A DNA stretch of 64,000 nt from Gammaproteobacteria bacterium (GTDB lineage Bacteria > Pseudomonadota > Gammaproteobacteria > PS1 > Pseudothioglobaceae): assembly GCA_965217125.1 (NCBI GenBank), contig OZ244244.1:719358-783357 (forward strand), read 5' to 3'. The notes under the pieces are model-generated. The model searched no databases. It was not told where the DNA came from and was given only the letters and a program-made list of their open reading frames with translations. The position numbers and the translations under genes were made by a program. Below are positions 9,801-18,175 of this stretch, piece after piece; within the stretch, counting starts at the first letter, position 1, and every line of letters starts with the position of its first letter.

Positions 9801-10237
9801 AATCACTTCATGATTGGTGGGTTCATTTCAATGATATCCTAATACTATCTGGTGGCACATCTGCTGACCCAATGTATAACAATGAATATACTGCAAACAT
9901 TCATGTTGAAAGTATGACTGAAGCAGTTTATCAAAGACTTCTTGTATTTATTCAATACATGGTTGATAATCAAGCAAGATTAAAACTTATTACTGGTTAT
10001 AATGATAGAGAACAAGAAATACAAGATTTAACAACCGAATTTGGTGCTAGTGTTAGCATATCTTTATCTGTTAATAATGAAAATCATTTTACATTTTCAA
10101 AGAATAATGAAAGTAGTCTTCCAGTTCAATCTAATTGGACTCATTCTGTAGGAGTAACTCTTGAACAATTAAGTGCTGATAATTGGGTAAAATTCTATGC
10201 AAAATGTAGAGGTATCCTAATTGGATTAGGTAACTAA
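6836..10237 (+). CDS. Giant secreted mosaic protein, family member A (1133 aa): signal peptide, 2 dockerin/EF-hand-like repeats, 4 tandem repeats of 62-67 aa, shuffled modules
   Basis: 3.4-kb uninterrupted ORF. MKKIILTLLLTLSALINVNA signal peptide, then two copies of LDIDGNG.(I/T)NASNDGL(I/V)IFKYLLNSNANNLHTTI. The N-terminal 140 aa is nearly identical to B, C and D. The C-terminal ~150 aa is shared with D. Confidence 0.9.
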   Translation: MKKIILTLLLTLSALINVNAATAFSLDIDGNGTINASNDGLVIFKYLLNSNANNLHTTISSNAADDRKTTAQLKAYLDSAGGILDIDGNGSTNASNDGLIIFKYLLNSNANNLHTTIASNAVGSKTTTVDLKAYLDQYIGSVVITTGTATVTGTFKESDLDAGAEYTNNDNDDLDSGTYVDTFITELEDGVEVDISKRTLTGTIYTVTRDVNTGTATVTATFFESDVGDKNKDTDTLDNGTYIETFTTEFINGVEDTSKRTLTITTYTVTSDINTGTATEIGTFSESDPAIGNQNNDNDDLDSGTYVKIFATEFINGVEDTSKRTLTITTYTVTSDVNTGTATATGTFSESDLEAGDEYTNNDNDDLDSGTYVRTFTTEFINGVEDTSKRILIETIYTITNDVTPVESELTAIYAADTPPTAFISGGAIDTVALAIPTGAGNAQSRVDFLSLLDSGSTATIQQVHSGDTNNPSYIVFQQNQGTVNALVNGTYSDIATTDFRDWALEVVKAIWHLEHPNYARAKQLSELIGQHGITAGQVNYSGGMQIWNYTQNGTDYNFSFGTASSLIEITDWDTKFQELLYTVNPNSHAARKAVLESYNSIDGISNLEVKTTGTITITYLTWDLNGTLQPNYYFSATNPTINAQGDTDGDLSALSTQQFEQYRERLYNKLIDHFPTPAEIRAIRIADIADLDDAATDVTITNSFSNTVGDTFQINVVGDPVYQSEFSTNTYENGILLFENLGDTQWINMKQAISDEIGNIDDDITERNIRIAVLIQNANNDVTVDALYNAVRGDLFELDNGTTKAQIYVNDYDLPLVSGGYTRLENLESTSEYSALDTAIAAKATELQNEIFEVAFQAFYDLDTLPATLPSVIDVAAQAVSTSGSSGLPRKDFMKLLGKFGVTIVNVIDVSSNDKSYVELSSNVNVYALVNGFTYQLDPSDFSDWVFEVMKEVWDHGHTTNEQRGGIINGAFDTDTLDVKILTFTEPQSLHDWWVHFNDILILSGGTSADPMYNNEYTANIHVESMTEAVYQRLLVFIQYMVDNQARLKLITGYNDREQEIQDLTTEFGASVSISLSVNNENHFTFSKNNESSLPVQSNWTHSVGVTLEQLSADNWVKFYAKCRGILIGLGN
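7271..8046 (+). repeat. Four in-frame tandem repeats (201, 186, 192 and about 192 nt) inside paralogue A
   Basis: Units start with actggaactgctact (TGTAT) at 7271, 7472, 7658 and 7850. Each encodes TGTAT..GTF.ESD......D.D.LD(S/N)GTY...F.TE(F/L).(N/D)GVE..SKRTL...(T/I)YT(V/I)T.D(V/I)N. Confidence 0.9.
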
Positions 10238-10247
10238 ACAATGTTAT

Positions 10248-10265
10248 TCCCGTCTTCGGGCGGGA
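10248..10265 (+). terminator. Hairpin TCCCGTC-TTCG-GGCGGGA followed by TTT (3' of paralogue A)
   Basis: 7-bp stem (one G-U) with a UUCG tetraloop. The identical element follows paralogue D at 22737-22754. Confidence 0.6.
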
Positions 10266-10343
10266 TTTAACTTAAATAAAATGAAAAATAACAATAAAAG
10301 GGCAGTGCCGCTTATTTAAAAAAACTTTTTTATCTATAAATAA

Positions 10344-10352
10344 TGGTATAAA
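10344..10352 (+). promoter_or_regulatory. Putative extended -10 (TGgTATAAA) for paralogue B
   Basis: Conserved position in the family unit, identical to the D copy at 18134-18142. Confidence 0.3.
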
Positions 10353-10385
10353 ATAGAAAGTTATCTTAACTACCACTAACTTATC

Positions 10386-13300
10386 ATGAAAAAAATAATC
10401 CTAACACTACTATTAACCCTCTCAGCCTTAGTTAATGTTAATGCTGTTGCAGCTTTTTCCTTAGATATTGATGGCAACGGGACTATTAACGCCTCTAACG
10501 ATGGCTTGATTATCTTTAAATATTTACTAAACTCTAATGCTAACAATTTACATACTACCATTTCTAGTAATGCAGCTGATGACAGAAAAACAACCGCACA
10601 GTTGAAAGCTTATTTAGATAATTCAGGAGATATTTTAGATGTTGATGGCAACGGGACTACTAATGCCTCTAATGATGGCTTGATTGTCTTTAAATATTTA
10701 CTAAACTCTAATGCTAACAATTTACATACTACTATTGCTAGTAATGCACCTGGTAGCAAAACAACAACCATAAATTTGAAGGCTTATTTAGACCAATATA
10801 CTAACACTGATGTTTCTAACATGTATTCAGGGGATAGACCTACTGAACTTACAGCAGAACAAATTGCTGATGCTAATGGAGCTGGAACTGAGCAGGAACA
10901 TCTAGCTGTATTACAAACTGCGGGATTTTCTAATTATCGAATTTCCTTTGATTACGAAGCTATACAAGTGTGGGTTCTTGATACAGATTTGAGCATAGGA
11001 ACTATTTATGCAAGAATACAACTTCCTAGTGATTTACAACAACTACGCACTTCTTTAGATGATGCTGAATTTCAAGCAATTTTCCTTGAAACTATTCAAG
11101 CAATATGGGATTTAGTAAATCCTATTACTGAAAGGCAAAGTAGATTAAATCAACTTGATGCTTTAGAAACTAAATATAATATACTATCTTCTAGTTTAAC
11201 TGAATCGGGGGAATTTCAAACAACGAATAAATTTGTTACTTATCTTTATCAATTAACTCAAGGAACGGATGAGACTTACCAATTTGGTGAGTTTGATTAT
11301 ATTGAAGATGTAACTGATTGGGATACTAAACTTCAAGAATTAGAGGATCAAGTAAATCCTCCTACTACTGCCACTTATCAAACTGATCTAGCAGCGATAT
11401 TCGCTAATGATACTGCTCCAACGGAGCTTACTCCTTTATTAACTGCTGAAGCTAATAGGGTTGCTAATACAACAAGCTCACAAGATAAGAAAAATCTATT
11501 TGAAAATCTGACAGGAGATGGTGTTACTGTAACTTATGGTTTCGATAGTACTGATGAATTCTTTACTGTATCTTCTAACGGAAATTCTATTTCAAATAAT
11601 GTTATAGCTAATTTTATAGTTACTGTTAATCCAGATGAAGCTGATTTAAGATCAGTATTCTTTAATGTTATATTAGAGAAATGGAATCAATTATATCCTG
11701 CTCCTCTTACAGCAGCTGAAGAGCTTGTTGCTATATTTGCTTTAGGAACTTCTCCAACTGCTTTTGTTGATTATCCTGCATTAGATGCAGAAGCAGATGG
11801 TATTTTACAAGCTGCAAGAGCACAACATATTGTCAATTCATTAACAAATCTTAACGGAGTTACAGTAACTTACACAATTAACACTACTCCTAAATCATTT
11901 AATGTAGCAAAAGCAGGTGAAACTACTATTAATGTTCTTCAAGATTCATCAAGTGGAAGTGCTGTTTCGCTTGATACTCTTTCCGTTTTTAAAGATATTT
12001 ATTTCCAAACTATTCAAGCAAAATGGGATATATTACATCCTGCTGTTACTGAAAGGCAAAGTAGGCTCAATCAACTTGATGCTTTAGGAACTAAATATGA
12101 AGTACTATCTTCTAATTTGTTGGAATCTGGAAATGAACCAGAAGGAACAAGTAAATATGTTGTTTATAGTTATCAATTAATCCACGGTACAACTGAGAGT
12201 TACCAATTTGGTGCCTTCGATTTTATTCAAGATGTAACTGATTGGGATACTAAACTTCAAGCATTAGAGGATCAAATAAAAAGAGAAGATAGATTAAATG
12301 ATTTTGCCGGTTTAGTTGGTCAGTATGGTGTTACTTCGATGTCGGCAAACGATGCTGATTCTAATGGTGAACTTTTTGCAGCTTACATACAAGATGGGGG
12401 TTCTGTAACAGGTTTCTCATTCGGTATATATGCTAATTTTGGTGTAATTCCACAATCAATATTTGATACTAAATTCGATGAACTCGTAGCTAAATTAATA
12501 GCTGATGAAGTAACTGGACCCACTGTTGAAAGTGAGGCTGAAGATTTTTATGCTTCAACTGAACCTCCGACAGGATTTGTTGCTAACAGCCTTATTGATG
12601 CTGAAGCACAATCATTTAGAGATGATCAATCTAGCTCAAGATCAGTGTTTTTAGAAAGACTCTCTTCTTCAACTTATCGTCTCAGTTCAGCGTCTGCTGT
12701 TGATGGGTATGTAACGTATGATATAATTACTTTTACCTCAAATACTGCTATTGAAACAATTTCTGCTGATGTTAGTGGTGCTTTGACTAAACAAGAATTC
12801 AGTGATTTTACTTTTAAGCTTATGTTAGCGGTCTGGCATTTAGAACATCCTAATTATGTTGCACCAACTCCTTTTGAAATTGAGCTTGCGGCTCTTTATG
12901 CTTCTAATACTGCTCCAACAGGATTTGTCAGTGGTGGTGCTATTGAAACTGAAGCATTAGCTTTTCAAAGTCCTTTAGGTTCTGTTATAGAAACTTTCAT
13001 GCAGAAATTAAATTCTGAAAACTATGAAGTATTTTCATTAGGTGCCGTTATACCAGTAAAAGTTACTCTTAAAACTGGTCAATCTATTGATAGTCCTTAC
13101 GATGATATAACTGTAGGAAATCACACTGGAGCACAAATTAGAGATTGGGCTTTAGAAGTTGTAAAAGCAATATATCTTTTAGAAAATCCTCCACTTTCTC
13201 TTGAAGAGGAAATTGCAGCTATGTATGATGCTGCAACACCTCCAACTTCATTTGTTGATACTATTGGTGACGCTGCTATATTAGCTAATCAAAATGCAAC

Positions 13301-14903
13301 AGTCCCACCTCTTCAGCAATCTAGAATCGATTTTATAAGTCTATTTGATAAATATGGACTTGTTTTTACTGGATTTGATGGCTTTACGGCTGAGTATGCT
13401 AATAATAGTGATTTTCCTAGTGTTGCATTACCTGGTGGAAATAATCTTACTGATACTAGCTTCAAAGCGTGGGCATTAGCAATCGCTGAAGCGATATGGC
13501 ATTATGGCCATCCTAATTATGTAGATTATGCTGCATTAAGAGCTGAAAGAATAGCAGAAATCAAAGTTTTAGATGATGCTTCTGTTAATGTAACGATTGC
13601 TAATTTTATCCATCCTACTGATGGGGATACATTCGAAATCAGCATAGCAGATGATACTTTCCTTTTACCTCAATTCTCTACAACTGATTATGAAAGTGGA
13701 GTTTTAGGATTTGCATATTTAGGAGATAATGAATGGGATACTATGAAGTCAGATATTTCTGATAAAATTACTGAAATTGATGATGATATTTCACTGAGAA
13801 ACGATAGGAGAGCTGTATTGATTCAAAATTCAAATGATGATGTAACTGTTGGTACTCGATATGATGGTACTCCTCTTGGAGATGCTGATCCTGGTCGTGG
13901 TGATCTTTTTGAAATATTTAACGCTTCTCTTACAGAGTATGCTTATGTTAATGATTTTGATCTAGACGCAACAGGCGATTACACAAGATTAGAAGATTTA
14001 ACTGATGCTGAGTATAATTCATTAAATGATGCAATTATTGCTAAAGTTGAGGAATTAGATCCTGCTAATACTGTAGCTAATTATGGCTTTATTCCAGCAG
14101 ACTACGCTAATGCTCCTGCAACAGCTAAACGTGATTATTTAGTAAATTGGGGTAATACTAATAGAGTTCTCGCAATCACAAGTTTTGTTGCAGGCGGAGG
14201 TGCTAATATTAATCCTTTCGTGCAATTTAAGTATGGACAATATCCTAAACAATTTGAAGAATCAGTAAGTAATGGTGCTTCATATGCTGATTGGAAAATC
14301 TTTGTAGATAGAGTAAAGTATTTGTTAGCTGCTGGAGATGATTCTGATGAACTGAAAGCTGCTAGAGAAACAGAAGTTGCTGGATTAAGTTCTGGAATTG
14401 TTGATATTGAATTAGGATCTCCTGGTAATAATGATTGGGACATACAATTTAATGGTCTTAATTTCATTTACGGAGGTTTTACGCCAACTGATATTGGTAA
14501 TGCTTTTGCTAATGTATATAATGAAAGTAAAATTGAAAAACTTTCTGGTGCTGGATTTGAAGCTTTACTTGTAGAGATTGTAAGAATTAGAACTCTTGTA
14601 CTTGAAGCTGATGCATTAGAAAGAAATACTGATCAAAGAAAAAATCATTGGACTAATGTTGATAATGCAATATGGTTTGGGAATACTAGTGTAGAGTGGG
14701 TATTAATAGGAACTAATGATCCCTTCTATAGTAATACTAACTATGGTAACCAAGATGGAGCTCAATGTGTTGGATATGCAACCCTCAGTGCTATGGACAA
14801 CTACAATTGGAGATATCTTTATATTATTGCTAAAAATGAGTTGTTAAAACAAGCTGGTACTACATACTATAATCATTTACCACAAAATGAATGCACGCCT
14901 TAA
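10386..14903 (+). CDS. Giant secreted mosaic protein, family member B (1505 aa)
   Basis: 4.5-kb ORF with the same signal peptide and double dockerin-like N-terminus. The body consists of ~100-aa modules, many ending in (A/V)(I/V)W(H/D)(L/Y)(E/G)(H/N)PNY-like helices. The first ~170 aa are almost identical to D. Confidence 0.9.
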   Translation: MKKIILTLLLTLSALVNVNAVAAFSLDIDGNGTINASNDGLIIFKYLLNSNANNLHTTISSNAADDRKTTAQLKAYLDNSGDILDVDGNGTTNASNDGLIVFKYLLNSNANNLHTTIASNAPGSKTTTINLKAYLDQYTNTDVSNMYSGDRPTELTAEQIADANGAGTEQEHLAVLQTAGFSNYRISFDYEAIQVWVLDTDLSIGTIYARIQLPSDLQQLRTSLDDAEFQAIFLETIQAIWDLVNPITERQSRLNQLDALETKYNILSSSLTESGEFQTTNKFVTYLYQLTQGTDETYQFGEFDYIEDVTDWDTKLQELEDQVNPPTTATYQTDLAAIFANDTAPTELTPLLTAEANRVANTTSSQDKKNLFENLTGDGVTVTYGFDSTDEFFTVSSNGNSISNNVIANFIVTVNPDEADLRSVFFNVILEKWNQLYPAPLTAAEELVAIFALGTSPTAFVDYPALDAEADGILQAARAQHIVNSLTNLNGVTVTYTINTTPKSFNVAKAGETTINVLQDSSSGSAVSLDTLSVFKDIYFQTIQAKWDILHPAVTERQSRLNQLDALGTKYEVLSSNLLESGNEPEGTSKYVVYSYQLIHGTTESYQFGAFDFIQDVTDWDTKLQALEDQIKREDRLNDFAGLVGQYGVTSMSANDADSNGELFAAYIQDGGSVTGFSFGIYANFGVIPQSIFDTKFDELVAKLIADEVTGPTVESEAEDFYASTEPPTGFVANSLIDAEAQSFRDDQSSSRSVFLERLSSSTYRLSSASAVDGYVTYDIITFTSNTAIETISADVSGALTKQEFSDFTFKLMLAVWHLEHPNYVAPTPFEIELAALYASNTAPTGFVSGGAIETEALAFQSPLGSVIETFMQKLNSENYEVFSLGAVIPVKVTLKTGQSIDSPYDDITVGNHTGAQIRDWALEVVKAIYLLENPPLSLEEEIAAMYDAATPPTSFVDTIGDAAILANQNATVPPLQQSRIDFISLFDKYGLVFTGFDGFTAEYANNSDFPSVALPGGNNLTDTSFKAWALAIAEAIWHYGHPNYVDYAALRAERIAEIKVLDDASVNVTIANFIHPTDGDTFEISIADDTFLLPQFSTTDYESGVLGFAYLGDNEWDTMKSDISDKITEIDDDISLRNDRRAVLIQNSNDDVTVGTRYDGTPLGDADPGRGDLFEIFNASLTEYAYVNDFDLDATGDYTRLEDLTDAEYNSLNDAIIAKVEELDPANTVANYGFIPADYANAPATAKRDYLVNWGNTNRVLAITSFVAGGGANINPFVQFKYGQYPKQFEESVSNGASYADWKIFVDRVKYLLAAGDDSDELKAARETEVAGLSSGIVDIELGSPGNNDWDIQFNGLNFIYGGFTPTDIGNAFANVYNESKIEKLSGAGFEALLVEIVRIRTLVLEADALERNTDQRKNHWTNVDNAIWFGNTSVEWVLIGTNDPFYSNTNYGNQDGAQCVGYATLSAMDNYNWRYLYIIAKNELLKQAGTTYYNHLPQNECTP

Positions 14904-15061
14904 TTAAATAACGGTTAAACCGGGGTTTGATTCCCCGAGTTTAACTAACAAATAAAATGAAAAATAAGAATAAAATGGTAGCGTTGCCCTTATTTTTAAA
15001 AACTTTTTATTTATAAATAATGGATATAATAGCAGCTTAGATTAATTATTATTAATTTACC
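14904..15061 (+). repeat. Intergenic family unit, copy 2 (B 3' hairpin plus C promoter/leader)
   Basis: aacaaataaaatgaaaaataagaataaaatggtagcgttgcccttattttt-A5-c-T5-atttataaataatggatataat. More diverged than the other copies. Confidence 0.8.
14914..14945 (+). terminator. Long hairpin GTTAAAC-CGGGG-TTTGATT-CCCCG-A-GTTTAAC (3' of paralogue B)
   Basis: 12 paired positions in two helices. The same element, with an imperfect outer arm, follows paralogue C at 18024-18055. Confidence 0.5.
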
Positions 15062-17992
15062 ATGAAAAAAATAATCCTAACACTACTATTAACCCTATCA
15101 ACCTTAGTTAATGTTAATGCTGTTGCAGCTTTTTCCTTAGATATTGATGGCAACGGGACTATTAACGCCTCTAATGATGGCTTGATTATCTTTAAATATT
15201 TACTAAACTCTAATGCTAACAATTTACATACTACTATTTCTAGTAATGCAGCTGATGACAGAAAAACAACCGCACAGTTGAAGGCTTATTTAGATAGTGC
15301 AGGAACTATTTTAGATATTGATGGCAACGGGACTACTAATGCCTCTAATGATGGCTTGATTGTCTTTAAATATTTACTAAACTCTAATGCTAACAATTTA
15401 CATACTACCATTGCTAGTAATGCACCTGGTAGCAAAACAACAACCATAGATTTAAAGACTTATTTAGACCAATATATTAGCACTGATGTTTCTAACATGT
15501 ATTCAGGGGATAGACCTACTGAACTTACAGCAGAACAAATTGCTGATGCTAATGGTGCTGCAAATGATTCTAATGCTCATCTTACTGTTTTACGATATGC
15601 AAACTTTGGAGATTATGTTGTAAATATTCTTAGTGACAAAATCGTAATTAGAGATGAATCAGATAATTATGCAATTGTTTATGAAATCACCTCTTCAGAG
15701 AATAATTTAGCTCAACTTGATGATGCTGAATTTCAAGCACTTTATCTTGAAGTTATTCAAGCAATATGGGATTTAATAAATCCTGTTACTGTTGAAAGTG
15801 AAGTAGCAAAACTATATGCTGCTGAAGATGCTCCAACCTCACTTGGAGATTTTATACAAACTTACTTTGAAAATGAGGAAGTATTTGGAATTCTTGCAGA
15901 TTTCCAAAAATTAGCTAGTGAAAATTATGAAATAACAGGGTATGGTACGACTGTAGTTAACATAAACTTATCCATTGGTTATATTACATTATCTAATGGT
16001 GATGAAGTTCCTTTTCCTGATAAAAATTTTAGCTCACTCAATGGATCAGATCTTGCTGACTGGGCTTTAGCTATTGTACAAGCAATATGGGATTTAGAAA
16101 ATCCTAACGCTGGACCTACTTATCAAGATGACCTGATAGCGATATTCGCTAGTGATACTGCTCCAACGGAGCTTACTCCTTTATTAACTGCTGAAGCTAA
16201 TAGGGTTATTGGTACAGAAACTACAGTAGATAATAAAGAGCTGTTTACTAATCTATCTGGAGATGGTGTTGATGTAACTTATGGAGGAGATGGTAGTGGT
16301 AATGAAATATTCGCTGTATCTTCTTTCATCGATGGAAATTCTATTTCAAATAACATTATAGTTAATCAACTAATTACTTCTTCTCCAAATGAAGCTAATT
16401 TCAGATCAGCATTCTTTGATGCTATATTAGAGAAATGGAATCAACTACATCCTTCTGCTGCTCTTGAAGATGAAATTACAGCTATTTATGAAGCTGATCT
16501 TCCTCCAACTGAACTTACTGATCTTATTAAAGATGCATGTGAAAGTTATGGAAATTGGACTAATAATACACTTCCTGCACTTAATAGGTTTGGAGTTACA
16601 TTTACTAGTTTTGATGGTAGTACTATTGTGTATAATGGAATTGATAATACCAATAATAGTGCTGGTAGTAATACTGCAAGAAGAACTGCAACTTTAGAGA
16701 TTATGACTAAAATATGGCATGTAGGACATCCTAATTATGTGGATCCTACTACTCATGCTGCTAGAGCAGCTGTTTTAACAGCTTACAACTCTATTGATGG
16801 GATTTCTAACATTACTGTAAAACTATCAAATTCAAATAATCTTTCGACTGCTAGTGTTTATTTGACTTGGAAATTGAATGAAGTTGCTCAAGATTTCTGG
16901 TATTTTAGTGCTACTAATCCAACTTCAACCACTGATGGAGAAGTTCGAGGTGATCTTTCATATCTTTCTCCAGAACAGTTTGAGACTTACAGAGAGAGAT
17001 TGTACAATAAATTAACTGATCATATTCAAACTCCTGCTAAATTAAGAGCGGCTAGAATAGTTGAAATCAAAGTTTTAGATGATGCTTCTGATAATGTGAT
17101 AATTACTAATTATATAGATCCTACTGATGGAGATACATTCATAATTGATGTATTAGGCGAACCTAGTCTCCAATCTGAATATTCTACAACTACTTATGAA
17201 AGTGGAGTTCAAGGATTTGGATATTTAGGAACTACTCAATGGGATGCTATGAAGAAAGATATTTCTGATAAGATTGATGAAATTGATATAGCTTTAACAC
17301 CTACTATTACTGATGAACTTGCTGCTTTCTATAGCGGTGAAGCTCCTGATACTATAGCTACAGGTGGTGATGCTTATGGAAATCAACTTCCTCCTGCAAT
17401 TCACACTGCTGCTGTTGCCGCATGGAATACTAATATTCATGATACCATGCTTGCATTCCTTAGAACTCTTTCTCAAGAGGCTACTGGTAATTTTGGTGAT
17501 TCTACTGATCCAGTTACGACTAATGGTATAAGTTATTATGGATCTACTGGATTTGTTGTTGTTAGAAACCTTGATAGAGGACAAGTTAGTGGTACAGTTG
17601 CCCAAGGTGGTGATGGAGGTTATGGTTACCATGATATTGATCTTGGATCCCCTACTCTTTATCTTAATGGTTGGAGTAACTTGAATTTCACACATTTAAG
17701 TGAAACAAACTTTACTACACTTGCTTATCATGTAATGTCTAATTTCTATGATTTACAACAAACAGTTAGGCAAACTAGAATACTTGATCTTTTATCTATA
17801 GATTCTAGATTATACGTTTCTAGAACAGATGATGGTTCAGCAGATTCTGTTAGGCGTGATTCCGGTAGTGGTTATCAAAATATAGGTGTTAACCATTATG
17901 GTAGTACTCAGACAGGTGTAACTACATTTGAAGGATTATCGACCGCACAATATGCTCATTATAGAGCTTATGTAGTAGCACTTCAATTTTAA
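15062..17992 (+). CDS. Giant secreted mosaic protein, family member C (976 aa)
   Basis: 2.9-kb ORF with the same N-terminal cassette. It shares modules with A (HAAR.AVL..YNSIDGISN...YRERLYNKL), B and D (YSGDRPTELTAEQIADANGA; TAPTELTPLLTAEANRV). The C-terminus is unique (...YRAYVVALQF). Confidence 0.9.
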   Translation: MKKIILTLLLTLSTLVNVNAVAAFSLDIDGNGTINASNDGLIIFKYLLNSNANNLHTTISSNAADDRKTTAQLKAYLDSAGTILDIDGNGTTNASNDGLIVFKYLLNSNANNLHTTIASNAPGSKTTTIDLKTYLDQYISTDVSNMYSGDRPTELTAEQIADANGAANDSNAHLTVLRYANFGDYVVNILSDKIVIRDESDNYAIVYEITSSENNLAQLDDAEFQALYLEVIQAIWDLINPVTVESEVAKLYAAEDAPTSLGDFIQTYFENEEVFGILADFQKLASENYEITGYGTTVVNINLSIGYITLSNGDEVPFPDKNFSSLNGSDLADWALAIVQAIWDLENPNAGPTYQDDLIAIFASDTAPTELTPLLTAEANRVIGTETTVDNKELFTNLSGDGVDVTYGGDGSGNEIFAVSSFIDGNSISNNIIVNQLITSSPNEANFRSAFFDAILEKWNQLHPSAALEDEITAIYEADLPPTELTDLIKDACESYGNWTNNTLPALNRFGVTFTSFDGSTIVYNGIDNTNNSAGSNTARRTATLEIMTKIWHVGHPNYVDPTTHAARAAVLTAYNSIDGISNITVKLSNSNNLSTASVYLTWKLNEVAQDFWYFSATNPTSTTDGEVRGDLSYLSPEQFETYRERLYNKLTDHIQTPAKLRAARIVEIKVLDDASDNVIITNYIDPTDGDTFIIDVLGEPSLQSEYSTTTYESGVQGFGYLGTTQWDAMKKDISDKIDEIDIALTPTITDELAAFYSGEAPDTIATGGDAYGNQLPPAIHTAAVAAWNTNIHDTMLAFLRTLSQEATGNFGDSTDPVTTNGISYYGSTGFVVVRNLDRGQVSGTVAQGGDGGYGYHDIDLGSPTLYLNGWSNLNFTHLSETNFTTLAYHVMSNFYDLQQTVRQTRILDLLSIDSRLYVSRTDDGSADSVRRDSGSGYQNIGVNHYGSTQTGVTTFEGLSTAQYAHYRAYVVALQF

Positions 17993-18175
17993 TACATTGT
18001 TGAACTACAATAATTAAGTAACGGTTAAACCGGGGTTTGATTCCCCGAGATTAACTAACAAATAAAACGGAAAATAACAATAAAAGGGCAGTGCCGCCCT
18101 TATTTTAAAAAAAACTTTCTTATCTATAAATAATGGTATAAAATAGAAAGTTATCTTAACTACCACTAACTTATC
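17993..18175 (+). repeat. Intergenic family unit, copy 3 (C 3' hairpin plus D promoter/leader)
   Basis: aacaaataaaacggaaaataacaataaaagggcagtgccgcccttatttt-A8-c-tttctt-atctataaataatggtataaaatagaaagttatcttaactaccactaacttatc. Confidence 0.85.
18024..18055 (+). terminator. Hairpin GTTAAAC-CGGGG-TTTGATT-CCCCG-A-GATTAAC (3' of paralogue C)
   Basis: Copy of the element at 14914-14945 with one mismatch in the outer arm. Confidence 0.45.

Larger units (their letters stand above)
10238..10385 (+). repeat. Intergenic family unit, copy 1 (A 3' hairpin plus B promoter/leader)
   Basis: Shares the aataaaatgaaaaataacaataaaagggcagtgccg...A7-c-T6...taatggtataaaatagaaagttatcttaactaccactaacttatc core. Nearly identical to copy 3 (18080-18175). 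Confidence 0.85.

Noticed and set aside
10376-10561. Antisense 61-aa ORF, with an identical twin at 18166-18351, that might look like a conserved small gene
   Set aside because: Both lie antisense to the conserved 5' cassette of paralogues B and D. Their identity only reflects the near-identical DNA repeat. They have no RBS and no independent coding signature.
14914-14945. The hairpin containing CGGGGTTTGATTCCCCG, which resembles a tRNA T-arm (GGTTCGAATCC-like), as a possible tRNA fragment or att site
   Set aside because: There are no adjoining acceptor, anticodon or D-arm sequences, no match to the tRNA-Pro 3' end at 4860-4881, and no integrase. It is more simply a terminator-type hairpin of the family unit.
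16464-17695. Off-frame and antisense ORFs inside the giant genes (for example 16464-16697, 17294-17695, 21392-21730, 14135-14467)
   Set aside because: They are embedded in long uninterrupted family ORFs and have low-complexity I/S/N/L-rich translations with no start context. They are by-products of AT-rich repetitive coding sequence.
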